Shown: one piece after another, positions 52,670 to 53,044 of the stretch
Layout of the letters: each line of letters begins with the position of its first letter
Position numbering within the stretch: position 1 is the stretch's first letter
IMG/VR virus record: IMGVR_UViG_3300023109_001242
Location: 1 to 53,044 of that record
From: a virus
Lineage: Duplodnaviria; Caudoviricetes
Reading direction: 5' to 3' (one strand)
DNA: 53,044 nt
Translations under genes and position numbers: made by a program
The notes under the pieces: generated by a model
Told to the model about the DNA's origin: nothing
Database searches by the model: none
What the model saw: the letters and a program-made list of their open reading frames with translations, nothing else

Positions 52670-53044
52670 ATGTCAAAGATTTCAGAACTAGGTTCCATTA
52701 CCGGTGCAAATACCAGGTCGGAAGACCTGCTTGTCATTGTTAACCTTGTTCAAGGTGACGACGGTACCAAGAATATCACAAGAAAAGAACTTGTACAGGC
52801 TATTCAGTACGAGATCTTTGATCGTATTACCATTACTGGTGGAACGATCTCTGGTGTTGAGATGTCCGATTCGACGCTTGACAATGTTACGATCGACAAT
52901 TCAAACATTGAAGATACGGACTTCTTACGTGGCACTATTAGAGATACAGAAATCTTTAATTCTACTGCTAATAACATTACGATCACTTCATCGTCGTTTA
53001 CCGATGGTACATTAGCAGATTCAACTGGTACAAATTTAGAAATT
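52670..53044 (+). CDS. Partial fibre/structural protein with 5-residue-period beta-helix-like repeats
   Basis: Not in ORF track (no stop in window). MSKISELGSITGANTRSEDLLVIVNLVQGDDGTKNITRKEL...ITGGTISGVEMSDSTLDNVTIDNSNIEDTDF; AAGG RBS and AATAAATA at 52636-52643. Confidence 0.7.
   Translation, partial: MSKISELGSITGANTRSEDLLVIVNLVQGDDGTKNITRKELVQAIQYEIFDRITITGGTISGVEMSDSTLDNVTIDNSNIEDTDFLRGTIRDTEIFNSTANNITITSSSFTDGTLADSTGTNLEI

Noticed and set aside
52704-53015. 103-aa plus-strand ORF and 60-aa minus-strand ORF in the track
   Set aside because: The likely gene is in another frame, starting at ATG 52670 with an RBS and late-type promoter, and stays open to the window end.
1-53044. Assignment as a cyanophage because of CGATCG (HIP1 core), hsp20 and def
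   Set aside because: No photosynthesis or other cyanobacteria-specific genes in the window, and most CGATCG sites are not the full GCGATCGC; host left unassigned.

Overview
This window is an AT-rich (about 35% GC by eye) segment of a T4-like myovirus genome. The gene set resembles marine T4-like phages; no photosynthesis genes are present and the host cannot be assigned from this window. Bases 1-23.8 kb hold the replication, recombination and transcription module (gp3, uvsY, uvsW, gp55, gp47, gp46, gp43, dexA, gp45, gp44, gp62, regA) plus auxiliary genes (APS-kinase-like, deformylase, glutaredoxin, dUTPase, Hsp20, peroxiredoxin), driven by ten consensus TTGACA-N17-TATAAT promoters. Bases 23.8-53 kb hold the tail/baseplate module (gp29-like, 51, 26, 54, 2, 4, 48, split 53, 27-like, 5, 25, 6, 7, 8, VrlC-like, fibres) with T4-type late promoters. 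The main candidate for a new system is a DNA hypermodification island at 11.3-18.7 kb: two all-alpha nucleotide pyrophosphatase-like genes, a gp42-type dCMP hydroxymethylase, a dCMP deaminase, three unrelated glycosyltransferase-like genes, and a C5-cytosine methyltransferase homologue that lacks the canonical SAM-binding motif. Several of these carry tails resembling the polymerase's clamp-binding peptide, and CGATCG is enriched across the window. Also notable: an orphan antisense promoter at uvsW, an unannotated divergent microgene pair with 11-bp-period repeats, a ROSE-like thermometer before hsp20, and cupredoxin-like and protease domains in probable virion proteins. All calls come from motif recognition by eye; no database searches were run.
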